Source of the DNA: Phyllobates terribilis
Lineage: Eukaryota
DNA length: 64,000 nucleotides
Reading direction: 5' to 3'
Assembly: GCF_046119375.1 (NCBI RefSeq)
Contig: NW_027362762.1
Coordinates: 880,028,001-880,092,000, forward strand
The notes beneath the pieces are model-generated. The model saw nothing but the letters and a program-made list of their open reading frames with translations, was not told where the DNA came from and searched no databases. Positions within the stretch are counted from its first letter, which is position 1; every line of letters starts with the position of its first letter. The translations under genes and the position numbers were made by a program. Positions 12,097 to 23,572 of the stretch are shown piece after piece.

Positions 12097-12235
12097 TCAG
12101 TTGAAGAAATATAGGCATTCTACTTGGTAGATTTTCAGTGCAAACTTGTCTGAAACTTATTGGGATTTTAACAAATACCTCCTCAAAGCCAAATTCAAAT
12201 GATGTGTGATTTTGATGTGTGAATATGATGTGTTA

Positions 12236-13061
12236 GGCTGTGTGCCCATGTAGCGTTTTTCAAGCGTTTATGCTGCGGAATTTCCGCAGCATAAACGCTT
12301 GTGAAACGCTAGGTAATCCGCACCCCATGGTCCCCAAGGGGATTCCGCATGTTCTATGCACATGCTGCGGATTTTTCCGCAGCGTTTATGCTGCGTACAA
12401 AAATCCGCAGCATGTCATTTAATTTTGCGGAAGCGCAGCGGAACTCCCACCATTGACTTGCATTGAGACGCATAGAAACCGCGACTCTACATTTGTACAA
12501 GCGGCTTCTATGCGTCTCTATGTGCGGATGGTACCCAGTTCTGGAGGAGAGGAGACTCTCATCCAGACCTGGGTACCATTGTACCTGTAAAAAAAAGAAT
12601 AAAATAACAAATAAAGTTTATACTCACCTTTCCGAAGGCTTCTCTCTAAATGCCGGCATCGCTTGAGGACCTGCGGTGACGTCACAGTCATGTGACCGCA
12701 GGCCCTTCACCGCTCTGTCTCGCAATATGCCAGCATCCAGGAAGCAGAGAGGAACGAGCGCTGCAGCCACGCCGGGCATCGGGGGTGAGTATAGCTTTAT
12801 TTGTTTTAATTTTTACGGTTCACACTGTATAAATCCATGCTGTTTGCATGGATTTATACAGTGTGACCTAGTTGGTCAAGCACTTTCCAAGTGATGCTAT
12901 CGCCTGGAAAGTGCTTGTCAATCTGCATGCGGAAACGCATGTGAATCCGCATGTGGATCCGCATGTATTCTGCAGGAAAAACGCATGCACAATTCTGCCA
13001 GGGAGATGCAGAAATGCTGCAGAAATTTTCTGCTTCATTTCTGCATCGTGGGCACATAGCC
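12236..13061. mobile_element. PIF/Harbinger-type MITE
   Basis: TIRs GGCTGTGTGCCCA and TGGGCACATAGCC; flanks TTA/TGA. Confidence 0.8.
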
Positions 13062-13169
13062 TGACTTTCTACAAACATCAGAATCAGAATCACAATGACT
13101 TTTAGTCACCCTGAGTATTTTCATGGTTGATCTCATAAGACTAGAAAAGCTACAAGTCATTTTCCACTT

Positions 13170-13232
13170 GACCTGATGACTGAATGGTAAAGCACCAGCC
13201 TCTGAAACTACAGTGTCAGGGTTCAATATCCC
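13170..13232 (+). other. tRNA-like Pol III cassette, Gln(CTG)-like loop; mirror copy at about 13688-13750 (-)
   Basis: TG(A/G)CTGAATGGTAAAGCA, loop CTCTGAA, GGGTTCAATATCCC, then a T run. Confidence 0.55.
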
Positions 13233-13993
13233 AATAGAAATAGAATCTTTTCTTTTTTTTTAACTTTGGTTAGTTAGCATACAAACTACAGGGTGTTTTA
13301 CTTTTAATATCTGACATTCTGATTGTCATCCTGATGTGTTTAGAGTTTCAGACATGCTGTCTATTTGCATGATAAATTACATAGCCAAAGTAAATTGGGA
13401 GTTTGCAGCCAGTTCTTGGGTGGATGGAAAGAAAAATTTACAATAAAGAAATTTTATCATTAGACCCTTTTAAGAAATTATGCAAATGTACAGTCACTTG
13501 GAAACAGACATGTAGTAAATTATTGCCTCCCAAATTACTTTGGCTATGTGATTTACCATGCAAATAGACAGCGTGTCTCAAACTCTTAACACGTCAGGAT
13601 GACAATCAGAATGTCACATATTAAAAGTAAAACACCCCTGTAGTTTGTGTGCTAACTAGGCATAATAAAAAAAAAAATCTATTTATATTGGGATACAAAC
13701 CCAAACACTGTAACTTCAGAGACCGATGCTTTACCATTCAGCCATCAGATCAAGTGGATAGTAACTGGAAGCTTTTCTTGTCTTATGAGATCAACCATGA
13801 AAATACTCAGGGTGACTAAAAGTCATTGTGATTCTGATGTTTGAAGAAAGTCACACATCAGACTCACACATCGTTTGAATTTAGCTTTGAGGAGGTATTT
13901 GTTAATATACCAATGAGTTTCAGACAAGTTTGCACTGAAAATCTCATAACCAAATAGAACGTCTAGTTTTCTTCAACTGAGTTTATAGCTTTA

Positions 13994-14947
13994 GGCTATG
14001 TGCCAACGATGCAGAAATGCTCTGGATTTTTCCTGAGCATTTCTGCATCTCCCTGGCAGAAAAAAACGCATGTGGATTTTACATGCGTTTTTTCAGCCAG
14101 GGACAAGCGTTTGTCACTCGTTTTACACATGCGATTTCGCATGCGGGTTGTCAAGCGCTTTCCAAGCGATTTTAGCATCCCTTGGAAAAGTGCTTGACAA
14201 CTTGGTCACACTATATAAATCCATGCAGCCGGCATGGATTTTATATAGTGTGACCAAGTTAGTTAAAAAAAAGAATAAAGTAGTAAAAAAAATGGTAAAA
14301 AATAAAAAAAAATTATATTCCTTTCCGATGCCTCCTGGTCTCCTTCTCTGATGCGTCCAGTCTCCCCGGTGTCTCACTGTGGTGTAAAAGGTGGTGTAAA
14401 AGGACCTTCCATGACGTCATTTAGTCATGTGACAGGTCACGCGACCGTCGACGTCACATGACTGAATGACGTCATGGAAGGTCCTTTTACTTCATTGCGA
14501 GCCACCGGGGAGCCAAGACGTACCGAATAGAAGACCGCGGGCCATCAGAAGGTGAGTATAAAGTGTTTTTTTTATTTTAAATTCTTTTTTTTTTACAGGT
14601 ACTATGGTACCCGGGTTTGGATGAGAGTCTCCTCTTCTACAGACCCGGGTACCATCCGCACATTGAATCGCTTAATATCCACATGTGCACATGTAGTCAT
14701 GCGGATATTAAGCGATTCAATGCAAGTCAATGGCGTCAAAAACGCTGCGATTACGCAAAATAATTGGTAGTGCTGCGGATTTTTCCGCAATGATAATCCG
14801 CAGCGGAAATTTCCACAGCATGTGCACAGCACATGCGGATTATCATTGGGGAACATGGCAGACCTTCTACCAAGCGTTTTTTAAGCGTTTCTGCGGCGGA
14901 ATTGCTGCTGCAGAAACGCTTAAAAAACACATAGTGGGCACGCAGCC
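13994..14947. mobile_element. PIF/Harbinger-type MITE, same family as 12236-13061, opposite orientation
   Basis: TIRs GGCTATGTGCCAAC and GTGGGCACGCAGCC; flanks TTA/TAA. Confidence 0.8.
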
Positions 14948-16172
14948 TAATGGTTAGTGCACTGGCTTCTAGACATAGAGTTTTGGGTTCAAGTCCCATC
15001 ATCGAACAGTGACTTTTTTGTTATTATTACAGTTGTAAAAGTCCCTTATGAAAGTCACTTATCAAAGTCAGTTGTCAAAATCAGTTCTCAGACAGGGTAT
15101 TTAGCCTCAAACTGACATCATTCTGATGTTTAATTTTGATATCTGATCATGTCCTAAAATGGACAATGTACATACACATCACAGTGGTAGCCCCCCCTTC
15201 TATTGAAAATAAGCTCTGTAGGAGTACCATATTTTTTGGACTATAAGACGCACCCTAAGTTTAGAGAAGGAACATAGGAAAAAAATGAATTTTTAACCTG
15301 TCATCAGGATCAGACATGTCAGGGGTCATCGAATGTAGCTTACCAGGGGGCGGTGGCTGTGCAGCGGGGTCACAGGAGGCAGGAGTAGGGTCACATTAAG
15401 GTCATTTGACAGCAGGAGTAGGGCGATGCTATGGGCCCTGGGCTAGGAGAATGGGGTGTCCCGGTGGTGCAAGGAAGGAACAGAGTTCCCGCTGCGCACA
15501 TTGATTTCCCGGCAGTCTTCAGTAAAAGCGCGGTCTATAAGAGCTGCGCTTTGCGCATGCGCCGGGAGGTGAGGAAGGAAAGCGCACGGCACAGCGCCCT
15601 GTGAAGTGCGGGGGAGGGAAAATGGTAACTAGGCTGATAGGCGGCGATTTAGGGGAATAATAATCAGATAGGCGGGCATTGCTTGGCGTCCCCCAGACGC
15701 CAAGCCTGTTGAAAACCAAAAAGATAAAACTACTTTTCTCTGCAAGCAGACCTCTACTATGGGCCATACAGGTATGTATACATTTAATTTTCTATACCCT
15801 GTATGCTCCGATAACTCCCAGGGGGTGACAGATTCCCTTTAATAGTTTAGATAGGTCAAATGTGATGACAGATTCCATTTAAGTGTATTTTATTGGGATT
15901 TTGTAAAGCTAGTTTGCAAAGAAGGAAGGGCAAAAATTTCAGCCTCTAAATTTGCAAAGCAGCTAGAGAAATACCACAAGAATCTTGCAGCAGTAATGGC
16001 ATCGAAAGGTGATCCTACAAAGGGGGGCTGAACACAAATGCACGTCACAATTTTCAAATTTATATTTTTTAAATATCTAGAAAACCATGTATCATTTCCT
16101 TTACACTTCACAAATACAGTACTTGCTACTTAGTGTTGGTATATCACATAAAACCCAATAAAATACATCTAA

Positions 16173-16699
16173 AGGGGTTGTCCATTACTTATTATCCCCT
16201 CCCCAATGTATCCCCCCGGACCCCATAAGTATCTGTAAATACCTTCTGTTGCAGTTACTGCCTGTGAGCGGCTCTATCACTGGCCGCTCACAGGCATCAC
16301 GTGACCCCCCGGCTGCAGCCGGCTCTGACATCCGCTGACGTCACGACAAGTCCAGGCTGCAGCCGAGGGTCGCTCTTCCGCGTTCCACCATTGGATGCCA
16401 GGCTGTGGGTGGGGTTACCCCCCATGTCACACCCAGCATCCACTGCGCACTCTGCCTCTCCTCATTCATTGGGAAAGTGCGCGGTAACCCCGCCCACAAC
16501 CCAGCAGCCACCGCGGGGACCCCAGCGCTGAGTCACGCCTCACTTGACGTGATGTCAGCGCGGGGTCACGTGATGCCTGTGAGCGGCCACCGATAGCGCC
16601 ACTCACATACAGAAATAGCACCAGGAGGTATTTACAAAGACACTTATGGGCCCCGGAGGGATACATTGGGGTCATAATAAAAAGTTGTGGCCAACTTCT
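16173..16699. mobile_element. T2/Kolobok-type palindromic MITE inserted in the Tc1 right inverted repeat
   Basis: AGGGGTTGTCCA...TGGCCAACTTCT|TTAA; internal inverted arms (GTGAGCGG, GGCATCACGTGACCCC). Confidence 0.75.
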
Positions 16700-17509
16700 T
16701 TAAGTTTGTAGGTGTAGCATGGAAAAGTTTACAGGGTATGAACACTTTTTCAAGGCACTGTATGTCTGAGGCCACATGCATATATTTGTTTCTGTTTTTA
16801 CATCCATCAAAAAGGACTGTTTCTCTATTTTCCTCATGTTATTAAAAATTGAAGCAGGGCGACTGTCTGAACTCTTTTCCATTGACACTCCACAATGGAT
16901 CAGGTAAATATGGATGCAATGCTGCTATAATACTGATGGGCATCTAATTGTACGTTCACATTATGGGTGTTTTTTCCAGCGGTCAAAGAGGATGAGTTAT
17001 TCAAGCGGAAACCGCTTCAGGAAACTGGTGTTTTTATGTGCTGAACCACTTTTGTAAGTTTTTATTATTGTTTATGAAGCGTTCAGATGTTTTTCTTGTG
17101 TATTTTTCTGTTAAGATGTTTTTAGTTTTGGTTTTTTAACATTTTGGGGGTTAAACCCATTAAACAGTGAATTGTTTTGAAGCTACAACAGGTACTAAAT
17201 GCTCCTCCATCTTCATTTTCTGGGTGTTTTTTCTTTGCTTTATGTAGACATGAATATGACGGATCTTTCAAGTGTGTTTTGAGCAATTTTTCGGGCATTT
17301 TTTGAAGCACACCTGCTCCAAAAGACTCCTCAAAAAACTCTGTGTGAACAAACCAGAACACTTTTTCAAGTGTTGTATACAAGCTGGTGACAGACACTTT
17401 ATTTCGCTGTAATGGTTGTCACAACACGTAATAACTGTCCACATGAAGGGGATGAGACGTATCCTGCAACCTTCACAGACAACCTCCTCCTCTCAGACCT
17501 CAGCGTTCC

Positions 17510-17650
17510 TTCTGCGCAGATGCGCGTTGTACAGGACTACAATTCCCGGCAGCCATCTCTTCGGCCGCCACACAAGATTACGGCTCTTGATTAGAGCTTG
17601 TGCTGGAACTACAGTTCCCGGCAGGCTTGGCGTCTGGCTCCGCCCCCTAT
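17510..17650 (+). promoter_or_regulatory. CPOX proximal promoter: two ZNF143/THAP11-type motifs, a GC box and an NRF1-like site
   Basis: ACTACAATTCCC 17536-17547, ACTACAGTTCCC 17608-17619, CTCCGCCCC 17638-17646, TGCGCAGATGCGC 17513-17525. CpG-rich; no TATA box seen. Confidence 0.7.
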
Positions 17651-17731
17651 AGTAGACGTGCGGAATGTCACTGCACATATAGCGCTGTCACCCGCTGCCC
17701 GGGGCTTGTGGTGCTGCTGCTGCTGGCCGTC

Positions 17732-18143
17732 ATGTCTTTGAAGGCTGTGTTACTGGCTGGCCGGGCTGTGCGGGGGAGGCTGCCGCTGTCCTCTATGTGC
17801 GGCGGTGCCCGGGCCGTGCACGGCGCTGCTCTCCGCTCTTCTGCTCGCCCGTCTCTGCTGGTGGCTGCGGGCGCCGCGGTGACTGCCGGGCTGGTAGCGG
17901 GGTACAGTCATCTGCAGCGGGCGGACATGGCCTCGGTGGACCGCGGGCAGGATCTGGAGAAGCGCATCGCGGAGTTCATGGCTCCGCCGGTCACTGAGCT
18001 GGAGAGGCTGCGGCGGAGCGGGGACGACATGAAGACCCGCATGGAGCTGCTCATCATGGAGACCCAGGCGGAGGTGTGCCGGGCGCTGGAGGCGGCGGAC
18101 GGGGGGGCCGGCTTCACAGTGGACTGCTGGCAGAGGACGGAGG
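17732..18143 (+). CDS. CPOX: CPOX exon 1: mitochondrial presequence, hydrophobic sorting segment and start of the catalytic domain
   Basis: MSLKAVLLAGRAVRG...LLVAAGAAVTAGLVAG...QRADM...FMAPPVT...MKTRMELLIMETQAEVCRALE; donor G|GTGAGT, phase 1. Confidence 0.95.
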
Positions 18144-18172
18144 GTGAGTGATGGACTGCAATGGAGTGGTGT

Positions 18173-20040
18173 CAGGTGCCCCTCCCCCCCCCCCCCCCCC
18201 CCCGCCGCCGGGGGCACTACAGGTGCCAGAGTGCCCCCCTCCCCGTACTGTTGCCGGGCGCAGTACAGGTGCCAGAGTGCCCCCCGCACTGCCGCCGGGC
18301 GCAGTACAGGTGCCAGAGTGCCCCCCCCTCCCCGCACTGCCGCAGTACAGGTGCCAGGGTGCAGCCCCCCCTCCCCGCACTGCCGCCGGGCGCGGTACAG
18401 GTGCCAGAGTGCCCCCCGCACTGCCGCCGGGCACGGTACAGGTGCCAGAGTGCCCCCCGCACTGCCGCCGGGCGCGGTACAGGTGCCAGAGTACCCCCCG
18501 CACTGCCGCCGGGTGCGGTACAGGTGCCGGAGTGCCGCCCCCCTCCCCGCACTGCTGCCAGGCACAGTACAGGTGCCAGAGTGCCCCCTCCCCGCACTGC
18601 CGCCGGGGGCAGTACAGGTGCCAGAGTGCCCCCCCCCCCTCCCTGCACTGCTGCCGGGCGCAGTACAGGTGCCAGAGTGCCCCTCCCCGCACTGCCGCCG
18701 GGCGCAGTACAGGTGCCAGGGTGCAGCCCCCCTCCCAGTACTGCCGCCGGGCACAGTACAGGTGCCAGGGTGCCGCCCCCCTCCCCGCACTGCTGCCAGG
18801 CACAGTACAGGTGCCAGAGTGCCCCCTCCCCGCACTGCCTGCCCCCTCCCCGCACTGCCGCCGGGGGCAGTACAGGTGCCAGAGTGCCCCCCCCCCCTCC
18901 CTACACTGCCGCCGGGCGCAGTACAGGTGCCAGGGTGCAGCCCCCCTCCCAGTACTGCCGCCGGGCACAGTACAGGTGCCAGGGTGCAGCCCCCCTCCCC
19001 GTACTGCCGCCGGGCGCAGTACAGGTGCCAGGGTGCAGCCCCCCTCCCAGTACTGCCGCCGGGCACAGTACAGGTGCCAGGGTGCCGCCCCCCTCCCCGC
19101 ACTGCTGCCAGGCGCAGTACAGGTGCCAGAGTGCCCCCTCCCCGCACTGCCTGCCCCCTCCCCGCACTGCCGCCGGGGGCAGTACAGGTGCCAGAGTGCC
19201 CCCCCCCCCTCCCTACACTGCCGCCGGGCGCAGTACAGGTGCCAGGGTGCAGCCCCCCTCCCAGTACTGCCGCCGGGCACAGTACAGGTGCCAGGGTGCA
19301 GCCCCCCTCCCCGCACTGCCGCCGGGCGCAGTACAGGTGCCAGGGTGCAGCCCCCCCTCCCCGCACTGCCGCCGGGCACAGTATATGTGCCAGGGTGCAG
19401 CCCCCCCTCCCCGCACTGCCGCCGGGTGCGGTACAGGTGCCGGAGTGCCGTCCCCGCACTGCCGCCGGGTGCAGTACAGGTGCCGGAGTGCCGTCCCCCC
19501 TCCCCGCACTGCCGCCGGGTGCGGTACAGGTGCCGGAGTGCCGTCCCCCCTCCCCGCACTGCCGCCGGGTGCGGTACAGGTGCCGGAGTGCCGTCCCCCC
19601 TCCCCGCACTGCCGCCGGGTGCGGTACAGGTGCCGGAGTGCCGTCCCCCCTCCCCGCACTGCCGCCGGGTGCGGTACAGGTGCCGGAGTGCCGTCCCCCC
19701 TCCCCGCACTGCCGCCGGGTGCGGTACAGGTGCCGGAGTGCCGCCCTCCCCGCACTGCCGCCGGGCACGGTACAGGTGCAGGAGTGCCGCCCCCCCCTCC
19801 CCGCACTGCCGCCGGGCGCTGTACAGGTGCCGGAGTGCCGCCCCCCCCCCCCCCTCCCCGCAGTGCCGCCGGGCGCGGTACAGGTGCCGGCCCCCCCTCC
19901 CCGCAGTGCCGCCGGGCGCGGTACAGGTGCCGGCCCCCCCTCCCCGCAGTGCCGCCGGGCGCGGTACAGGTGCCGGCCCCCCCCTCCCCGCAGTGCCGCC
20001 CCCCCCTCCCCGCACTGCGGCCGGGCGCTCTACAGGTGTC
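18173..20040. repeat. GC-rich minisatellite (units of about 40-50 bp) in CPOX intron 1
   Basis: Unit like TCCCCGCACTGCCGCCGGGTGCGGTACAGGTGCCGGAGTGCCGTCCCCCC (50-bp period at 19501/19551), with a higher-order duplication of about 310 bp. Confidence 0.97.
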
Positions 20041-20347
20041 AGGCTGTGTATTGTGCACTCTATACTTTACTCCGCATTATGACGCTAGAGAATGTGACCT
20101 GTACAAAGAGAATTCCTCAGCTTAGTACAGATTTCCGCCCGGTAGACCGCTGCTTCCAATCATCAGCGCTGCTGTGGCCACCGTGTTTGCGGCGTGCTGG
20201 CACCTGTGTCACCCATAGAATGGTCTGTGCACCTGGTGAAATGTCCTGCTGAGGCGTCTGGATGTGGCCTTTGCGGGCATGCTGGAGTTTGTAGTGTGGC
20301 TCTGTGCCTCCATTACTGCCCTCACTTTCCTCCTGTTCTCCTTGTAG

Positions 20348-20491
20348 GTGGCGGAGGTGTCAGCTGTGTCCTGCAGGATGGAAAGGTGTTTGAGAAAGCC
20401 GGAGTGAACGTGTCAGTTGTCCACGGCCACCTGTCAGAGGAGTCCGTTCAGCAGATGAGGAGCCGTGGGAAGGAGCTGAAGACTAGAGATG
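20348..20491 (+). CDS. CPOX: CPOX exon 2 (144 bp)
   Basis: TTGTAG|GT GGC GGA...; [26 protein letters not shown]...KTRD; donor G|GTAAGT. Confidence 0.97.
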
Positions 20492-21197
20492 GTAAGTGGT
20501 GAACGTGTGATATCCTGACACTGTGGACGTATTTGTGGGACGCACGTCTGTCAGACCTTTTATGGCATCCACAGGATACCCCATAAATATCTGGGATAGG
20601 AGTCCCCCTTATTTCCAGAGGTGGCCACACGTGCACTGGAGAGCCCGGCTCCAGGTGTCCTGTACTGTATGATATGGGTGACCACATGGACCATTCTCTG
20701 CTGTAACTTGGGGACACAGGAGGCCCTTTCTTGGACTTGGTGGAAAGATCTTCTAGAATGGTATAAATGGGTGGTGTGAAGCTAGTCTTGTGGCAAGCAA
20801 ACTGAGCACTAATGGGCCACCAGATGCCCACTGCTTCTCCGAGTACGGTACTGTAGGTGTCTGTAGATGTCACCAGCCCAGCTCTCCTTCCTATACGGAA
20901 TTGAATGGCGGCAGAGTAACCCTTTAACTGCCAACATCTCAGCAACATGTCCACCTTATTCTGCGCACATATGATGCAATGTGAGCAGAGTATCATTACT
21001 GTATTGTGCAGTTTGTAAAAAAAAAAAAAATTGACATTTCTAAAGGTGTCATGGATGTATTTATAGAGTGCGGGAATCTTTCTGTTTTCTCGCTATAGAT
21101 AGTTGTGCAGGACCTTCTGTCCATCACAGCGACTTATGGTCGGTTGTTGTGATATACGTCCTGGTTGGGTACCAGTATGTAATCCGCATAGCCATGA

Positions 21198-21416
<219 letters not shown>

Positions 21417-21435
21417 TGATGTGTGGAAACTGTTA

Positions 21436-21797
21436 GGCTATGTTCACACATCATGTTTTTCTTTTTGCATCAATTTTCTGCAGCAAAACCTGATCTGTCA
21501 AGGGAGGTTTGCTCAGGATGTTTCTTGCAGTTTTGGTGATTTTTTTTTTTTTTTTTTTTTTTTTTTGATGTGTTTTTTGTCACCACCCAGTACTTCCTAT
21601 GGGTGAAAAAAAACTCTGAAAGAAGTGACATGCTCTATTTTCCCCAAAAAACATGCAAGGCACAGAATCCTGAACAAAAAAAGAAACATGATGTGTAAAC
21701 TAAGAATTCTGTAATCTCATAGACTTTGCTCGCACTGCAAAACACTGCTGAAAATTTACATCAAAAAACGCTGACAAAACCATGTGTGGACATAGCC
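21436..21797. mobile_element. PIF/Harbinger-type MITE in CPOX intron 3
   Basis: TTA|GGCTATGTTCACAC...GTGTGGACATAGCC|TTA. Confidence 0.85.
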
Positions 21798-22239
21798 TTA
21801 TTTTTATTTTTTAACAGAAAACTAATATGGGGGAGGTGCAGCAGCACTTTTTTTCTTTTTTTTTCAAAAGATATATATGTAGATATATTGTAGAGGACGT
21901 AAACTGGTGATCTTTAGATTGTCTACAATGCTTTGAAACCCCTCTGACATGACCGAATAGTCAATTGCTAATCAGTCCCAATGCCATAGTAAAGCATTGA
22001 GGAGAGAGCGGGGGTCTAAGTGGGCTTATTGAGAAAGCCCCACTACTATTTCAAACAGTAAGTATGGATCCCAGCATCTAAGGGGTTATATGATTTGGAG
22101 ACCATATGCTCTGCAATCTTCTTCTGAAGTGCCAACATAAAATGTATATCTCAGCTTATAATCCAGATCTACACCTGATGATAATAATGGGGAGTGCATT
22201 TGATTTTTTTTTTGAGACAGACAGGCAAAGATACAACAA

Positions 22240-22275
<36 letters not shown>

Positions 22276-22589
22276 GGAACCTGTCATGTTGAAAATGACA
22301 TTTGATCTGCAGGCAGGATGTTAAAGAGCTGGAGGAGGGGATCAGATTGTATACTTTTTTTTTTTGTGGGGCAAAGATTCATTAAAACTTAATATTTTAT
22401 TCATTGACGTTCCTGGTGTCTGTATACAGGAGTCCAGTGGGTGGTGCTATTCAGTGATTGACAATCTACCCTGTATGACCTTGCATGTAGAGATGGGTGT
22501 CAATCACTAGTAGGACCGCCCACTGGACTTGTGCATACAAACATCGGGGATTTCATTGAATAAAATGCAGGTTATACTGTATCTTGTCC

Positions 22590-22960
22590 AACAAACCTAC
22601 AAACTCTGGCCCGCGGGTGAGTATATTTGGCCCTCGAAATTAGGCAGGGCTATTATTCTGAATGGAGAACTATGGGGGGCCATTACACTGTATGGGGGAC
22701 AGTTATACAGTATGGAGGACTATGTGGGCCATTATACTGTGTGTAGGACTATGGGGGACCATTATACTGCACGGAAGGCAATACAGGGCCCATTATACTG
22801 TGTGGAGGACTATGGGGGACCATTATACTGTATAGAGCACTATGTGGGGCCCATTATACTGTACGGAAGGCAATACAGGGCCCATTATACTGTGTGGAGG
22901 ACTATGGGGGACCATTATACTGTGTGGAGGACAATGGGGGCCCTTTATACTGTATGGAGC
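22590..22960. repeat. 30-31-bp minisatellite inside a hAT-like MITE remnant (intron 3)
   Basis: CCATTATACTGTGTGGAGGACTATGGGGGA-like units; preceded by CAAACTCTGGCCCGCGGG. Confidence 0.8.
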
Positions 22961-23430
22961 ACATTACAGAATACACTTGCGAGCACATTCTGTAATGTAC
23001 CCATATGCACCCATTCGCTAGGTGGAGGCCAAAAGCACGTTCTTTCAACCTACTTCTGGCTGCTATGCTCAGGCATCTACAGAGGGCTACTGCAAAGAAG
23101 CGTATACCATGCACTATACAGTGGGTCTCTATGGTGGACGGATCCCCGGCATCCATGCTGGCAGTGCCGCTGTCTGGCACATACCTCCTGAGAGCATGCG
23201 CCCAGTAGTGGGCAGCGAGCATTACAGATGATTGGCAGCCGATTTACACTGTCCTATCATCGGGTAAAGCACGTTTCTAGGAGGACTTGTTCTCACTATG
23301 TGGCCAGTGTGAACGCAGCCTTACACTTTGGTTGCCTTGCTCAGTGCAGCTGATAGTTTTCATGATATTTTAATGTTGGTGACTGATGTTTGCCTGACTC
23401 GTGACTGACTGTCTTATTTTCTTACCTTAG

Positions 23431-23572
23431 GTAACAAGCAGTGGTGGTTCGGCGGTGGGACAGACCTGACGCCGACGTATCTGAACCAGGAGGACGTGGT
23501 ACATTTCCATCAGACCCTGAAAGAGGCGTGTGATGAGCATAATCCGGGGTTCTACCCCAAGTTCAAGAAGTG
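23431..23572 (+). CDS. CPOX: CPOX exon 4 (142 bp)
   Basis: [47 protein letters not shown]; CTTAG| and |GTACGT. Confidence 0.97.

Larger units (their letters stand above)
11849..15168. mobile_element. Non-autonomous foldback element with TA TSD and arms of about 720 bp
   Basis: TA|CAGTGTCCATTTTAGGACATG...CATGTCCTAAAATGGACAATG|TA. Left arm 11849-12235 plus 13062-13400 is the reverse complement of right arm 13525-13993 plus 14948-15168. Spacer about 125 bp. Confidence 0.85.
11470..15838. mobile_element. T2/Kolobok-type ends (AGGGAATCTGTC...GACAGATTCCCT) with TTAA flanks, enclosing the foldback element
   Basis: TTAA at 11466-11469 and 15839-15842 with 12-bp inverted termini. The subterminal sequences differ, so the two ends may belong to different copies. 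Confidence 0.5.
4795..16760 (+). mobile_element. Old Tc1 shell fragmented by nested insertions
   Basis: 4795-4970 is the reverse complement of about 16020-16170 joined to 16704-16735. The transposase N-terminus (EHTGQVRDKVVDKSKTGLCYKKIAQALN) lies at 10035-10079 plus 10945-10985. A C-terminal remnant (CKEGRAKISASKFAK...YHKNLAAVMASKG) lies at about 15900-16020. Right end TTCAAGGCACTG|TA at 16760. Confidence 0.75.

Noticed and set aside
12030-15005. Functional tRNA genes
   Set aside because: A/B boxes are present, but acceptor and anticodon stems pair poorly and the copies lie in a transposon; kept only as tRNA-like cassettes.
17600-17731. N-terminal extension of CPOX from a non-ATG start, and a short upstream ORF at 17665 (MSLHI*)
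   Set aside because: The open frame overlaps promoter motifs and has no ATG; the start site is unknown, so neither can be supported.
18123-18130. Cys in CPOX VDCWQR where human has Arg
   Set aside because: From memory this position varies among orthologues (Ser in microbial enzymes), so it is not evidence of altered function.
17750-20252. Six overlapping ORFs of 630-700 aa rich in Pro, Cys, Gly and Arg
   Set aside because: They translate the intron 1 minisatellite, whose unit lacks stop codons on both strands; the true CDS splices from 18143 to 20348.
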